Below, one piece after another: positions 29,457-39,591 of a DNA stretch of 64,000 nt; the stretch's first letter is position 1, and each line of letters opens with the position of its first letter. The position numbers and the translations under genes were made by a program. The stretch is from Myxococcota bacterium. Its GTDB lineage: Bacteria; Myxococcota_A; UBA796; UBA2385. The notes under the pieces are model-generated. The model saw only the letters and a list, made by a program, of their open reading frames with translations, was not told the DNA's origin and did not search any database. Location of the stretch: assembly GCA_044344255.1 (NCBI GenBank), contig JBIJDH010000001.1, positions 160,001 through 224,000 of the forward strand. Reading direction: 5' to 3'.

Positions 29457-31243
29457 CCCCCCGCCTGCGCGCCCTCCTCCTCGTCCAGTCCATCACGCTG
29501 GCGGCGCTGATGGCCTGGCCGGACACGCTGGCGCCCATGACCGCGGCGATCGGCGCGGACTCCGGCGACATCGCCAAGCACCTGTGGAACCTCTGGTGGG
29601 CACGGGCCGAGGCCGACTCCGGGGCGCCCGGGCTCCTCACCACGCTCGTCAATTGGCCCCAGGGGATGCGCCTCTACCCCATCGAGCCGCTCTCCGCGCT
29701 CGCCGCAGTGCTCCTGCCGGTCTCGCCCGTGCTGCTGGCCAACGGCCTCGCGCTCCTCAACCTCACGCTCACGGGCCTCGCCGCGGGGTGGCTCGGCTTC
29801 CTGACCACGGGCACTCGGCGCGGGGCCCACGCGACCGCGGCGCTCGTAGAGTGCTCGAGCTTTATGGCCTTCACCCTCCATGTCGGCGTCGGTGAGCTCC
29901 GCCAGGCATGGTGGATCCCCCTCGGCCTCGGCTGCCTGCTCCGCGCCCAGCGAAGCGGCAGCCTGCTGTGGTTCGCCGCCCTGGGGTTGTGCCTCGCCTT
30001 GGCGACCATCTCATGTTTCTATCACGGTTTTTTTCTCGCGACTGCGCTCAGCCTCTATGCCCTCGTGACCCTGCGGCGCCGTCACATCCCGGGCTACGTC
30101 CTCGCGGTGGGGCTCGCGCTGCTCTTGACCACGCCGATCGTGCGGACCTTCGCCGACACCTTCGGGGAGCCCGAGGCGCGGGTGGGCCTGCTGACGTGGA
30201 TGACCCAGGCCTTCACCCTCGAGACCTTCGCCGGCTCCTCCCTCGACCTCGCCCACACCCTCCTCAGCCGGGCCGGCGAGCGGGCGACCGCCGACCCGGC
30301 GGCCTACGCCTACACCGGCGGGCGCTACCTCGGCGGCGCAGCGCTCCTCCTCGCCCTGCTCGGCGCGCGAGACCGGCGCGCCCGCCCCTGGATCGCCATC
30401 GCGGCGGGCGCAACCCTGCTCGCCATGGGCAACGTCATCTGGTTCCACGGGCAAATCGTCACGACCCCCTTCACCTTGCCCCTGATGTGGCTGAACCGGC
30501 TGCTCGGCTGGTTTGCGGAGCCACTCAACTTTCCGGCGCGCTTCATCGCCGACACCTGCGTCGCCCTCGGCGTCCTCGGCGGCCTCGCCGTCACACGGCG
30601 CCGCTCCTTCGCCTGGCTCGTGCCCATCGCCCTGCTCGACATCGGGGCCAATGACCTCGTCCCGTGGCCTCGGGCCACGACGACGCTGCCGCTCACTCGC
30701 GACGTAGAGGCGCCCCCCGGCGCCACCGCTGACCTCAGCGTGATGCTGGAAGGTCATGGTCGTAAGCCGAGCTTCTACACAAACGAGGGCGCGCTCGTGG
30801 CGTCCTGGATCACCCCCGCGCTCCGCGTCCGCGCCATCGCCATGCAGCTCTCCCTCCGCCGCCCGGTTCAGACCGTGCCGATCGAACGCCAGGAGATGTG
30901 GGCCCTCGACGGGCTGATCTGGACCGCCGCGCTGCCGCTCTCCGAGGCCCTCGTAGCACAAACGGTAGAGGACTCGAATGTACTCGCGAGCTTGTTCCTC
31001 CTTCACGATCGCGGCTTCGGTTCCATCGCGCTCACGCACCCGTGCGGCGAGCGCCCCGAAGAGCAGGCCCTGCGGGTCCTCAACGAGCACCTCGGCGCCG
31101 GAACGAACGCGGGCTGCTTCACGCTCTGGGCGGTGCCCGACGTGCCGGCCACCGAGGAGCAGAAGGCCGCGTGGCGTCGGGCTCAGGCGGCGAGGGTCAG
31201 CGTGATCCCCCTGCCCACCTTACGAGAGATGGTGGCGCCATGA
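29453..31243 (+). CDS. GT-C-type (YfhO-like) multi-pass membrane glycosyltransferase
   Basis: First loop GADSGDIAKHLWNLWW, NWPQG, FYHG, YLG, FPARF; many TM helices. Confidence 0.65.
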   Translation: MTPRLRALLLVQSITLAALMAWPDTLAPMTAAIGADSGDIAKHLWNLWWARAEADSGAPGLLTTLVNWPQGMRLYPIEPLSALAAVLLPVSPVLLANGLALLNLTLTGLAAGWLGFLTTGTRRGAHATAALVECSSFMAFTLHVGVGELRQAWWIPLGLGCLLRAQRSGSLLWFAALGLCLALATISCFYHGFFLATALSLYALVTLRRRHIPGYVLAVGLALLLTTPIVRTFADTFGEPEARVGLLTWMTQAFTLETFAGSSLDLAHTLLSRAGERATADPAAYAYTGGRYLGGAALLLALLGARDRRARPWIAIAAGATLLAMGNVIWFHGQIVTTPFTLPLMWLNRLLGWFAEPLNFPARFIADTCVALGVLGGLAVTRRRSFAWLVPIALLDIGANDLVPWPRATTTLPLTRDVEAPPGATADLSVMLEGHGRKPSFYTNEGALVASWITPALRVRAIAMQLSLRRPVQTVPIERQEMWALDGLIWTAALPLSEALVAQTVEDSNVLASLFLLHDRGFGSIALTHPCGERPEEQALRVLNEHLGAGTNAGCFTLWAVPDVPATEEQKAAWRRAQAARVSVIPLPTLREMVAP

Positions 31244-33039
31244 AGCGGGCCGTGTCCGCAGCTTGTTACGGGCTCCTCGCGATGTTCGCCAGCTTTCCGA
31301 TGGTGTTCACGCCCATCTCCCGGCTCGTCGGCCACCCGGACGTCGACGCCACCAACCACGCCTGGGGCCCCTGGTGGTGGTGGTGGACCCTCGGCCGCGG
31401 CGAGCTCCCGTGGAGCACGAACCTCCTGGCGGCCCCCACCGGCGGGGTGCTGTGGTTCATCGACCCCTTCACCGCCGCGGTGGGAGCGCCGTTCGTCGGC
31501 GTTCTCGGCGCGGTCGGCGCGTACAACCTTGCGATCGCCGTCAGCCTCACCATCGTCGCCGCCGGGGGACGCGCGCTGGCGCGGGCCATGGGTGCGAGCG
31601 AGGCCGCATCCTGGCTCGGCGCCGCGGCCTGCGTGCTGTCCCCCTACGTGCTCTCGGAGCTGCACAACGGGGTCTCCGAGGCCGTCAACGTTGGCTGGGC
31701 GAGCCTCACCCTCGCCGCGGCGCGGCGGGCGATCGACGGCCCCACCCTCACCCTCCGCCCCTGGGTCATCGTCGGGCTGTGGCTCGGTGTGACCGCGATG
31801 GGCACCTGGTACTACGCCTTCGCCGTGGGGATCACCATCGCCGCATGGGTGGTGCTGGAGGGGACCCGCGGCAGCCGGCGCTCGCTGGAGCGGCTCCGCT
31901 CGATGCCCCTCCAGGGGGGCGCGCTCGCCGCCGTCGTCGCGCTCGTGCTGGCCTCACCGGTGCTCACCCTCATCCAAGCGAGCATCTCCGACCCCCGCTC
32001 ACTGGTGGTCCGCGGCACCGTCGCCCCCGAAGTGAGGGAATTCCTCCAAGCCCACAACGCCGTCGATCCCCGAGCGCTGATCTCTCCCTTGGGCTTCCAA
32101 TCGGTCGACCTCGCAGGCCAGGGCGAGGCCTTTTTACACTCAAGCTACCTCGGGCTGGTCGGCCTCGGGCTCGCGGCCCTGGCCCTGGCCCACGGCGGCC
32201 CCACCCTCCGCCGGGTCGCGTGGGGCGTCGCTCCCACCGCCATCCTGTCGCTCGGCGCCTACCTCTGGTGGGACGGCGCCTGGGTCGAGCTCGGCGAGGG
32301 TCGCATCCCCCTCCCCTTCGGCGTCCTGACCCGCCTGCTCCCGGAGGCCGGCTCCACCCACGCCCAGCGCCTCGTCTGGCCCGCGATCGCCGTCGTCGCG
32401 GCGCTCGCGGCCCGCGGGATGGAGTCGCTGGCCTCGAACCCCCGCCGCCTCATCCTCTCCGCGCTCGTCGTCCTCGACCTCCTGCTCGCCTCACCGTGGC
32501 CGCTCGCCCGCCTCGAGGTGATGGACACCCGCGCCCATGAGCACGTCGCTCGGCAGGCCCAGGCGGAGCTCGCAGCCTCGGTCGGCGTGTCTCACCCGCC
32601 GGCCCGGGTGGTGCTCGACCTCCCGGCGGAGGTGGGCCAGACCATGGCCACCTCCGTCTACCTGCTCTACCAGACCATCAGCGGCCTCCCGATCCCCTAC
32701 CGGCCCGACGCCCGCGGGGGCACCGCCGCCATCTTGGGGATCCGGGCCTTCAACACGCTGTACGCGCCCAGCGCCGCGCGCCCCGAGGAGATCGAGCGGC
32801 TCCACCGCGAGCTCGCCGGGCAGACCCACATCGACATCGGCTCCCTCGAGACGGTGGGCGGCGTCCGGTGGATCGTGCTCCACCGCGAGCTGGAGCGCGG
32901 AGGCGGCGACGTCGCCCGGCTCCAGGCGCAGCTCGAAGAGTGGTTCGGCCGAGGAGAAGAGGCCGGGCCGCACCTGACCTTCGACGTCCGGCGGCGCCGC
33001 GACGACGGCGGACGGGTGCTGCCCGCCGCCGAGCCCTGA
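31240..33039 (+). CDS. GT-C-type (YfhO-like) multi-pass membrane glycosyltransferase
   Basis: GHPDVDATNHAWGPWW, APTGG, AYNL, SPY, WYY, SYLG, VLDLP, YQT, WIVLH. Confidence 0.68.
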   Translation: MKRAVSAACYGLLAMFASFPMVFTPISRLVGHPDVDATNHAWGPWWWWWTLGRGELPWSTNLLAAPTGGVLWFIDPFTAAVGAPFVGVLGAVGAYNLAIAVSLTIVAAGGRALARAMGASEAASWLGAAACVLSPYVLSELHNGVSEAVNVGWASLTLAAARRAIDGPTLTLRPWVIVGLWLGVTAMGTWYYAFAVGITIAAWVVLEGTRGSRRSLERLRSMPLQGGALAAVVALVLASPVLTLIQASISDPRSLVVRGTVAPEVREFLQAHNAVDPRALISPLGFQSVDLAGQGEAFLHSSYLGLVGLGLAALALAHGGPTLRRVAWGVAPTAILSLGAYLWWDGAWVELGEGRIPLPFGVLTRLLPEAGSTHAQRLVWPAIAVVAALAARGMESLASNPRRLILSALVVLDLLLASPWPLARLEVMDTRAHEHVARQAQAELAASVGVSHPPARVVLDLPAEVGQTMATSVYLLYQTISGLPIPYRPDARGGTAAILGIRAFNTLYAPSAARPEEIERLHRELAGQTHIDIGSLETVGGVRWIVLHRELERGGGDVARLQAQLEEWFGRGEEAGPHLTFDVRRRRDDGGRVLPAAEP

Positions 33040-33046
33040 TCCGACC

Positions 33047-34378
33047 TCAGAAGCCCACCGCTGGCCCCCCCGGCGCGGGGGGCCCCACGTGCGGGCCTTG
33101 CTGGGGGGTGGGAGTGGGTGCCCTCTGCGGCGCGGGCGGCGGGGAGAGCCCCACCCACGCCGTGTAGCCGAGCGCCACCCCGAAGCTCAACAAGAGCGTC
33201 AGCCCTGCGCGTCGCGAAAGACAAGGTCGAACCGCGTACAGCAGGCGCGTGAGGGTCGCGGCCCACACCAGCAGCCCCACACACACCATCTCCAAGGCCG
33301 CAGACACCGCGTCATCGGGGCTGCGCATCAACAGGGAAGGCAGGGCTGCCACCGCCACGAAGACCCAGGAGAACCGGGGGGCGCCCTGCTCCAACGGCCA
33401 GAGCGCGACCAGGATGGCGGCGGGCAGGAGGATCAGCCCGTAGAAGACCCCGACCGCGGCGCTCGCCGTGCCGAGCCAGGCGGTGAGCAGCGCGATCGCC
33501 GCGGCGAGGGCCGCGGGGCGACGCCGGCCCGCCGAGGCGCAGACCCCCGTTATCGTCAAGGTGAGCAGCCCAAGCGGCCAGAGCCGGAACACTCCGAGCA
33601 AGGTCGACCAGCGGTTGTCCTCCGGAGAGACCCACGCCGGCACGACTCCCCCCTGGAAGCGCACCGTGTCGACGAGGTTGCCGAACACGCGATCCACGGG
33701 GATGAAGCCGACCGTGACGAGCATCACCGCCAGCCCGATGGACGCGGCCGCCGCGAGCGCCCGCCACCGCCGCCCAGCCAACAGCGGCCACAGCGCGACG
33801 CCGGGCACGAGCTTCACGGCCACACCGGCGACGGCGAAGAGCGCGACCCCGAGGCCCGCGTCGAAGGTGGCCGCGCACACCGCCGCGCCGAGGAGGCCGG
33901 CGATGAGCAGGTTCGCCTGGCCCAGCTCCAACGCATGGCGCGTGAGCGGATGCCAGACCGCCATCGCCGCACCGAGGGCAGCGCCCAGGGGCGACCACCG
34001 CCCCCGCGCCGCCGCCCAGCCCGCCGCCGCGCACCCCGTGATGAGACCAAGCATCACGAAGCCGCGCCAGATCGCCAGGAAGGGGCCCCAGCCGCCGGCC
34101 GTCTGCCGCATGAGCCCGACCGCGAGGGTCGGCGGATAGAGCGTCGAGAGGACACCGGTCTCAACACCTTCCACCCGCTCCTGTCGATACAGGGCGTCGA
34201 GGCCCACCCGGTCCGTAGGATCGCGCCCGAGGTAGAGGGCGCGGGCGGGTAGGTAGACCGCGACGGCGTCCTCTGCTCGGCGAGGATCGGCGCCAGCGGT
34301 GATGTCGAGCGCCCGCCACATCACGCAAGCGCCGACACAAAGCGCCGAAGCCCACCAGAGCGCAGGCCGCAGCTTCAT
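33047..34378 (-). CDS. GT87/DUF2029-family membrane glycosyltransferase
   Basis: EDAVAVY, LYPPT, LGQANL, AVKLVP. Confidence 0.78.
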   Translation of the reverse strand: MKLRPALWWASALCVGACVMWRALDITAGADPRRAEDAVAVYLPARALYLGRDPTDRVGLDALYRQERVEGVETGVLSTLYPPTLAVGLMRQTAGGWGPFLAIWRGFVMLGLITGCAAAGWAAARGRWSPLGAALGAAMAVWHPLTRHALELGQANLLIAGLLGAAVCAATFDAGLGVALFAVAGVAVKLVPGVALWPLLAGRRWRALAAAASIGLAVMLVTVGFIPVDRVFGNLVDTVRFQGGVVPAWVSPEDNRWSTLLGVFRLWPLGLLTLTITGVCASAGRRRPAALAAAIALLTAWLGTASAAVGVFYGLILLPAAILVALWPLEQGAPRFSWVFVAVAALPSLLMRSPDDAVSAALEMVCVGLLVWAATLTRLLYAVRPCLSRRAGLTLLLSFGVALGYTAWVGLSPPPAPQRAPTPTPQQGPHVGPPAPGGPAVGF

Positions 34379-34681
34379 CCGGACCCCCTCGCCCTCGACC
34401 CCGAATCGGCGCCGCTCGGAGCGAGAGCAGCGTATCGACTCCCCATCCCCTCCGCACGACCCCGTGCCCCGTCCCCCCCGCCCCGCCCCGCACACCGGCG
34501 AGGCTCGAAGCCCTCCACGGGGGCGCCCCCGCGTTGACCCGCGAGGGCGCCAGGGGTAATAAACCAACCCGCATACCTGCTTCGTTCCCGGCCTCGTCCG
34601 AGCCCCCAAACATGCTGCTCCTCGCCCTCCCCCCTGCCTGCGCCTCGGACCCCTGCGGAGGCGGTCTCGCTCGCGCCGACG

Positions 34682-35812
34682 ATGTCACCGCTGGATCCAG
34701 CCATGCCGGCGTCCACGTTGATCTGTGAGGGGCCGTTGCCCGTCCGTCGTTCCCCACCCGCAGCCGCCCGGACGCCTCCCGCCCCCTCCTGTGCCCGCCT
34801 GGTCCTCCTCCTCCCCCTCGCGGTCACCCCCGCCTGCGGCCGCAGCCCCGATCCGATCCGTGCCGCGCTTGGCCCCACCCCCGCCGCGGATCCAAACGCC
34901 GAAGCCCAGACCGGCCACTTTTTGTCGGGCACCGAGCTCCGGATGCTGACCAGCACGGACGAAGGTGCCCACTGGAGCCTGTCTCCAGACGTGATCGCGC
35001 ATGGCGTGTCCTCGCTGCACGCGTGCACCTACGAGGACACGGTGTGGGTGCCTTGCCTGCTCGATGTCCGGGAGATCTCCTGGATGGAGTCCGCGTTCCC
35101 GGTGCCATTCGTAGACGTCCTCCGATCGCGCGACCTCGTCCACTGGACCGCCGACCGCATCCGGGTGCGCGCAGATACGAAGGGCGCGATCGATCCCGCC
35201 TGTGTCGTCGGCCCAGAGGGGCTGGAGATGTGGTTCGCGGAGATGGTCGGCAGCGACGGAGACCCTGCCCAGGGCGACAAGCCCGCCAACATCTGGCGCT
35301 CCGCCTGGCGCGAAGACCAATTCGACGACGCCCGGGTGGCCCACCAGGGTCAAGGCCTCGTCGACCCTGCCCCCACCTACGCAGATGGGGCGCTCAGGCT
35401 GTTCCTCAATCAAGACGGCAATCGTATCGTCGAGCTCTTGGAGGGGCGCCTGATCTCCGCGTGGGGGCAAGCCACGGTGCCCCAGGTCGCTGAGCTCGGC
35501 GACCGGCGGTGGCTGCTCGCGCAAGAGCCCCGGGGGCAAGGCATGTTGCCCGTGGCCCGCGCGCTCGGCCAAGCCGGCACCCCAGGCGGAGCGCTGGGGC
35601 CGAGCTTCCCGATCGAGATCGACGGCCTGCTGCGGTCTTGTGAGTCCCCCTCGATGACCACCCTCGACGGGAAGTGGCTCCTGTTCTGCGTCGACGCGTC
35701 GGCGAGGCCACAGGAACACGGACAGGGACAGGGACAGGGGCGAGGGCCACCCGCCGGACAGGGCCCGATCGAGGCCGCCGACCAGAGGAAAATGGGGAGG
35801 CCAACCCATTGA
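34682..35812 (+). CDS. Hypothetical exported protein (possible beta-propeller)
   Basis: AVTPAC lipobox-like; STDEG.HW, SRDLVHW, DP repeats; start uncertain. Confidence 0.6.
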   Translation: MSPLDPAMPASTLICEGPLPVRRSPPAAARTPPAPSCARLVLLLPLAVTPACGRSPDPIRAALGPTPAADPNAEAQTGHFLSGTELRMLTSTDEGAHWSLSPDVIAHGVSSLHACTYEDTVWVPCLLDVREISWMESAFPVPFVDVLRSRDLVHWTADRIRVRADTKGAIDPACVVGPEGLEMWFAEMVGSDGDPAQGDKPANIWRSAWREDQFDDARVAHQGQGLVDPAPTYADGALRLFLNQDGNRIVELLEGRLISAWGQATVPQVAELGDRRWLLAQEPRGQGMLPVARALGQAGTPGGALGPSFPIEIDGLLRSCESPSMTTLDGKWLLFCVDASARPQEHGQGQGQGRGPPAGQGPIEAADQRKMGRPTH

Positions 35813-37395
35813 ACGCGCGCCGAGGTTGGCTCCTGGCCACGCTGAGCACCGCCTTCCTCGTGGCCGTCCTGGCCAGCGCGGACCGTTATGCCGATGGCGA
35901 TATGGGCCACCTCATCGCCGTCGAGATCCGCCTCTCAGAGCTCCTCCGGTCCGGTGACCTCCGCACGGCCCTGGGTCTATGGTGGGCGCTCATCGCGCCG
36001 CAGCCGCCGATTGGCTACCTCCCTGGGGTGGTGGCCTTCACCACCTTGGGCGTCCATCCCGTCGTCGCGCCGTTGACGATGGGGCTGGCGTTGCTCGCAT
36101 GCTGGGACGCCCTCTCCCGTCTCTGGGCGGAGCGGGCTTGGCTCGCCTGGCTACCCCTGCTGGCGAGCCCGCTCGTCTGGATCGGCGTCGAGCAGCATGG
36201 GCGCGACCTCCTCGCCGGCACAGCCCTGCTGCAGGCCCTGTCCTGGCTACACCAGGCCCAGGGTTTCACGTCGCGCCGCGCCTCCGTGGCCTTCGGCGCC
36301 TGGCTCGGTCTGGGCTTCATGACCAAGTATACCTTCCCGATCTTCGCCGTCCTGCCCTGCATCTTGGCCGGGGCTGGCCTCCTGCGTCGGCCTCGGGTCG
36401 ACCGGTGGAAGAACTTGGGGTTGGCGGTCCTCAGCTTCCTCGGCGTCGCCGGGGCTTGGTACGCCGAGAAAGGCGGGGCCGTCCTCGGGTACGTGGGCTT
36501 CTCGTTCGGAGAAGACATGGCCGCCAACACGGCCAACTACCGGGACGTCCGCAGCCTCTCCAGCTTGATGTACTACCCGCTCGCCCTTCGGGACGCCCAG
36601 AGCCTCCCCGGCCTCTTCTTCGTGCTCGGCGCCGCCGCCCTCGGGCTGTACTCGGCCGAGTCGCGGAGCCGGGCGTCCTCCAGCCTCGCGGCCGCGGTGG
36701 GCGGCCTCGGAGTACTCTCCACCGTGCCCGAGGCCATCGACCGGTACGCGCTGCCCGCCTTCTTCGCGCTGGTGAGCCTGCTCCCCGCCTTGCCGGCGCC
36801 GACAGGGTGGCGGCGGTGGCTCCCCCTCCCCTTGCTGGTGGTCACCGTGCCGTTCGGGATCGCCACGACCTACCGCTTCCTCCCCGGTTCCCCCACCGCG
36901 CCGTCGAGCTACGAGCACCCGGTCTCGTCGCTGTACACGCTCGCTTGGCCTGGGCCCTCGACCTACTGGCCCTCCGACCTCGACCCCGACGCTTGGCACC
37001 TCCCCGAGGCGGTCGCCGCCATCCGCGCCGCCCAAGGCCGGGACGACGGCACCATCGGCATCCTCGCCGGCCGGAGCCCCGCCCCCATGCCCGGCTTCGC
37101 GACCGTGCTGATCGAAGGCGCCCGACAGGGCTTCGCGTGGGACTTCGCCACGGTCAACACGGCCCCGGGCCGCGGCGCCCCCGAGGTCTTCGTCGGCCCC
37201 TTGTTCGACGGCGAACGCCCCTCAGGAGAGTTCTCGACCCTGTACGTGGTGCGGCTCCGAAATCCGGACTCGGCGATAGACCGCTGGCTCAACGACCACC
37301 CGGGAGAGATGCGCGCGACCTTCCCCGGGCCCGACGGCGCCACCACCGCGGTCTATCGGCTGCGCGCCCCGTTCAAGGGGGGAGGCCCCCGTTGA
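35809..37395 (+). CDS. ArnT/PMT-like (GT83/GT39) membrane glycosyltransferase
   Basis: DGD..H, QPP, GLGFMTKYT, AWY, RYALP; multi-TM; TTG start overlaps the upstream stop. Confidence 0.72.
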   Translation: MNARRGWLLATLSTAFLVAVLASADRYADGDMGHLIAVEIRLSELLRSGDLRTALGLWWALIAPQPPIGYLPGVVAFTTLGVHPVVAPLTMGLALLACWDALSRLWAERAWLAWLPLLASPLVWIGVEQHGRDLLAGTALLQALSWLHQAQGFTSRRASVAFGAWLGLGFMTKYTFPIFAVLPCILAGAGLLRRPRVDRWKNLGLAVLSFLGVAGAWYAEKGGAVLGYVGFSFGEDMAANTANYRDVRSLSSLMYYPLALRDAQSLPGLFFVLGAAALGLYSAESRSRASSSLAAAVGGLGVLSTVPEAIDRYALPAFFALVSLLPALPAPTGWRRWLPLPLLVVTVPFGIATTYRFLPGSPTAPSSYEHPVSSLYTLAWPGPSTYWPSDLDPDAWHLPEAVAAIRAAQGRDDGTIGILAGRSPAPMPGFATVLIEGARQGFAWDFATVNTAPGRGAPEVFVGPLFDGERPSGEFSTLYVVRLRNPDSAIDRWLNDHPGEMRATFPGPDGATTAVYRLRAPFKGGGPR

Positions 37396-37437
37396 CCGGG
37401 CCCGACATGCAGAGTATCCTGCGCAAACGAGGTTCGA

Positions 37438-38166
37438 ATGCGCCACCGCTCTCTCGCCCTGACCATCGCGTTCCTCGCCTCCATTACCGGATGTCCCCCG
37501 CCGCCCGAAGGCAATGGAGGCCCTGCCGCCAACGGCGAACCCGGCAATCCGGGTCCGGCCCAGTCGGGAGAGGCCGGCGCACCCGGAGGCCCGTCCGCTG
37601 CCACCCCCAGCCCACCCGGCGCGCCGGGCGGGCCGGACGCGGGGAGCACGGCGCCTCCGCCAGGCGGCGGCAACGACGGAGCGGAAATCGGAGCGCCCTC
37701 GCCCCCGAAGGCTCCGGTCGGCTTCGCGTCCCTGATCAAGGGGGGGAAGTCGGTGACCATCAGCGGCAAGATCTCGGGAGCGAAGTCCGTCCAAATCGAC
37801 TTCACCGCCACCTCGACCATAAACGGTGAGATCGCCCCCGACATCATCCAGATCGAGACCAGCCCCGACGGCAAGTTCAGCGTCCAGGCCCCGGCCACCT
37901 ACGACCGCGACATCTACATCGTCGCCTTGGCGCCGGCGACGGCCGGGAAGCCAGGCCCCGATGACCCCGGCGGCGTCTACGGGCCCATCAAGCTGGAGGG
38001 GAAGAACGTCAGCGTGGAGATGACCCTCTCCAAGGACGCCGAGTGGCGGAAGGAGATGCCCTGGTACCGGCCCGGTGACGGCGGGCCGGCCGAGCCGCCG
38101 TCCGCGGCGCCCGAGGGCGGGGAGGCGGGCCCGCCCCCCACTGGCGCCCCCACGGCGCCGAAATAA
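37438..38166 (+). CDS. Hypothetical Pro/Gly-rich lipoprotein (paralog of 24253..24810)
   Basis: SITGC; DGKFSVQAPATYDR..MPW; gagg upstream. Confidence 0.8.
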   Translation: MRHRSLALTIAFLASITGCPPPPEGNGGPAANGEPGNPGPAQSGEAGAPGGPSAATPSPPGAPGGPDAGSTAPPPGGGNDGAEIGAPSPPKAPVGFASLIKGGKSVTISGKISGAKSVQIDFTATSTINGEIAPDIIQIETSPDGKFSVQAPATYDRDIYIVALAPATAGKPGPDDPGGVYGPIKLEGKNVSVEMTLSKDAEWRKEMPWYRPGDGGPAEPPSAAPEGGEAGPPPTGAPTAPK

Positions 38167-38352
38167 CCCGCGGCCACCCCAGCGGTCGCGGAGCTCGCCT
38201 CCGAGACCGGCTCCAACGCCCACCGAGCCCGACGAGGGAGCCCTCATGACCATCCAGCAGCTCACGGACGGCGCCTGGCGGCTCGGACTGATCAGGGCGA
38301 CAGACGGCCCCCTTTCACTCAAGGTGGCGCTCGACGGCGTCGGCAGCAGGCG

Positions 38353-39444
38353 ATGAGCGCGCCGCCGCCACCACCGCCTCCCCCGGCGAGGCGGGGCTCC
38401 CCGCTACAAGCCCGCCTGCTGCTGGGGCTCGTCGCCGCCCTCGGGTTCTTCGCAGCCGGGGAGGTCCTCGCTCGCCTGCTCCTGCCCGCAGGGCCGCCGG
38501 TCATGGGCATCGAAATGCAAGAGGACCCCGACGTCCTCTGGACGCTCACCACCTCCGGCGACCATCCGCCCCCCAACCGACTTGGCCTCCGGAGCCCGGA
38601 GCTCGGGCCACGCGGGGAGGTGACCGGGCGCTTCCTCACCCTCGGAGACTCCTCCGTGTACGGCGACACGGTGGGAGACGACCAGGTCTTCTCTGCCGTC
38701 GCCGCGCGCTCGCTCTCCGCTATCGGCCCCCGAGTCGACGCGGCGAACGGTGGGATCCCCGGCTACTCCACCGTTCAGGCCACCATCCTCTACACCCGCG
38801 TCCACGAGGCGGTCGCGGCCGACGTCGTCGTCATCGCCACGCTCTGGAGTGACGCCTCCGCCGGCGAAGAGACAGACGTCGACCACATCCGACGCGTGCG
38901 CTCCGACCTCGGCTTCTGGGGCCCGGTCAACCGAACCTTCCGGTCTGCGCAGCGCCGCTCTGCCCTGTTTGTGTTCCTCCGGCAGGTGCGCCACGGGAAC
39001 CTGTCCCTCCGCGCACCGGAGCCCCCGCCGCGCGAGAAGGTGGGCTGGGTGCACGCCGACGCCGAACTCCCCTTCGGGACCGTCGCCCGGGTGCCCGTGG
39101 AGGCCTATCGCCAGAACCTCGACGCGCTGGTGGGCCAGGTGCGGGGCGACGGAGCGGAGCCGGCCTTCCTGCTCCTGCCCCACCCCTACGACGACCTGGG
39201 ACAGACCCTCCCGGAGCGGCTCCTCGCCTATCGACAGGCGATGCGCGCGTCGGCCGCGGCCCTGTCGGTGCCCCTTGTGGATGGAGAGGCATGGTTCAAG
39301 GGCCACCCCAGCCGCGCCGGCCGATTCTCCGATGACATCCACCCCAACACAGAGGGGCACGCCCAGATCGCCGCTGCGTTGCTCTCCACCATCGGGGAGA
39401 CCCCCTCCTTACGCGCGCGGCTCGGCCGACGGGCGCCCCCATGA
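38353..39444 (+). CDS. Membrane-anchored SGNH/GDSL-family protein
   Basis: GEVLARL, NRLGLR, LGDSSVYG, NGGIPGYST, DDIHPNTEGH. Confidence 0.88.
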   Translation: MSAPPPPPPPPARRGSPLQARLLLGLVAALGFFAAGEVLARLLLPAGPPVMGIEMQEDPDVLWTLTTSGDHPPPNRLGLRSPELGPRGEVTGRFLTLGDSSVYGDTVGDDQVFSAVAARSLSAIGPRVDAANGGIPGYSTVQATILYTRVHEAVAADVVVIATLWSDASAGEETDVDHIRRVRSDLGFWGPVNRTFRSAQRRSALFVFLRQVRHGNLSLRAPEPPPREKVGWVHADAELPFGTVARVPVEAYRQNLDALVGQVRGDGAEPAFLLLPHPYDDLGQTLPERLLAYRQAMRASAAALSVPLVDGEAWFKGHPSRAGRFSDDIHPNTEGHAQIAAALLSTIGETPSLRARLGRRAPP

Positions 39445-39591
39445 CGACCGCCCCGTCCAAGGCCCTCGAGGCGAAGGTTGGGGCACCGGAAGCGCAGGTC
39501 GCCGGGGAGGGCGCCGTCATCGGCTGGGGCACGGAGGAGCACACCATGTCGCCCTCAGCCCGGACCACATAGCGCCTGTCCTGATCTCCGG

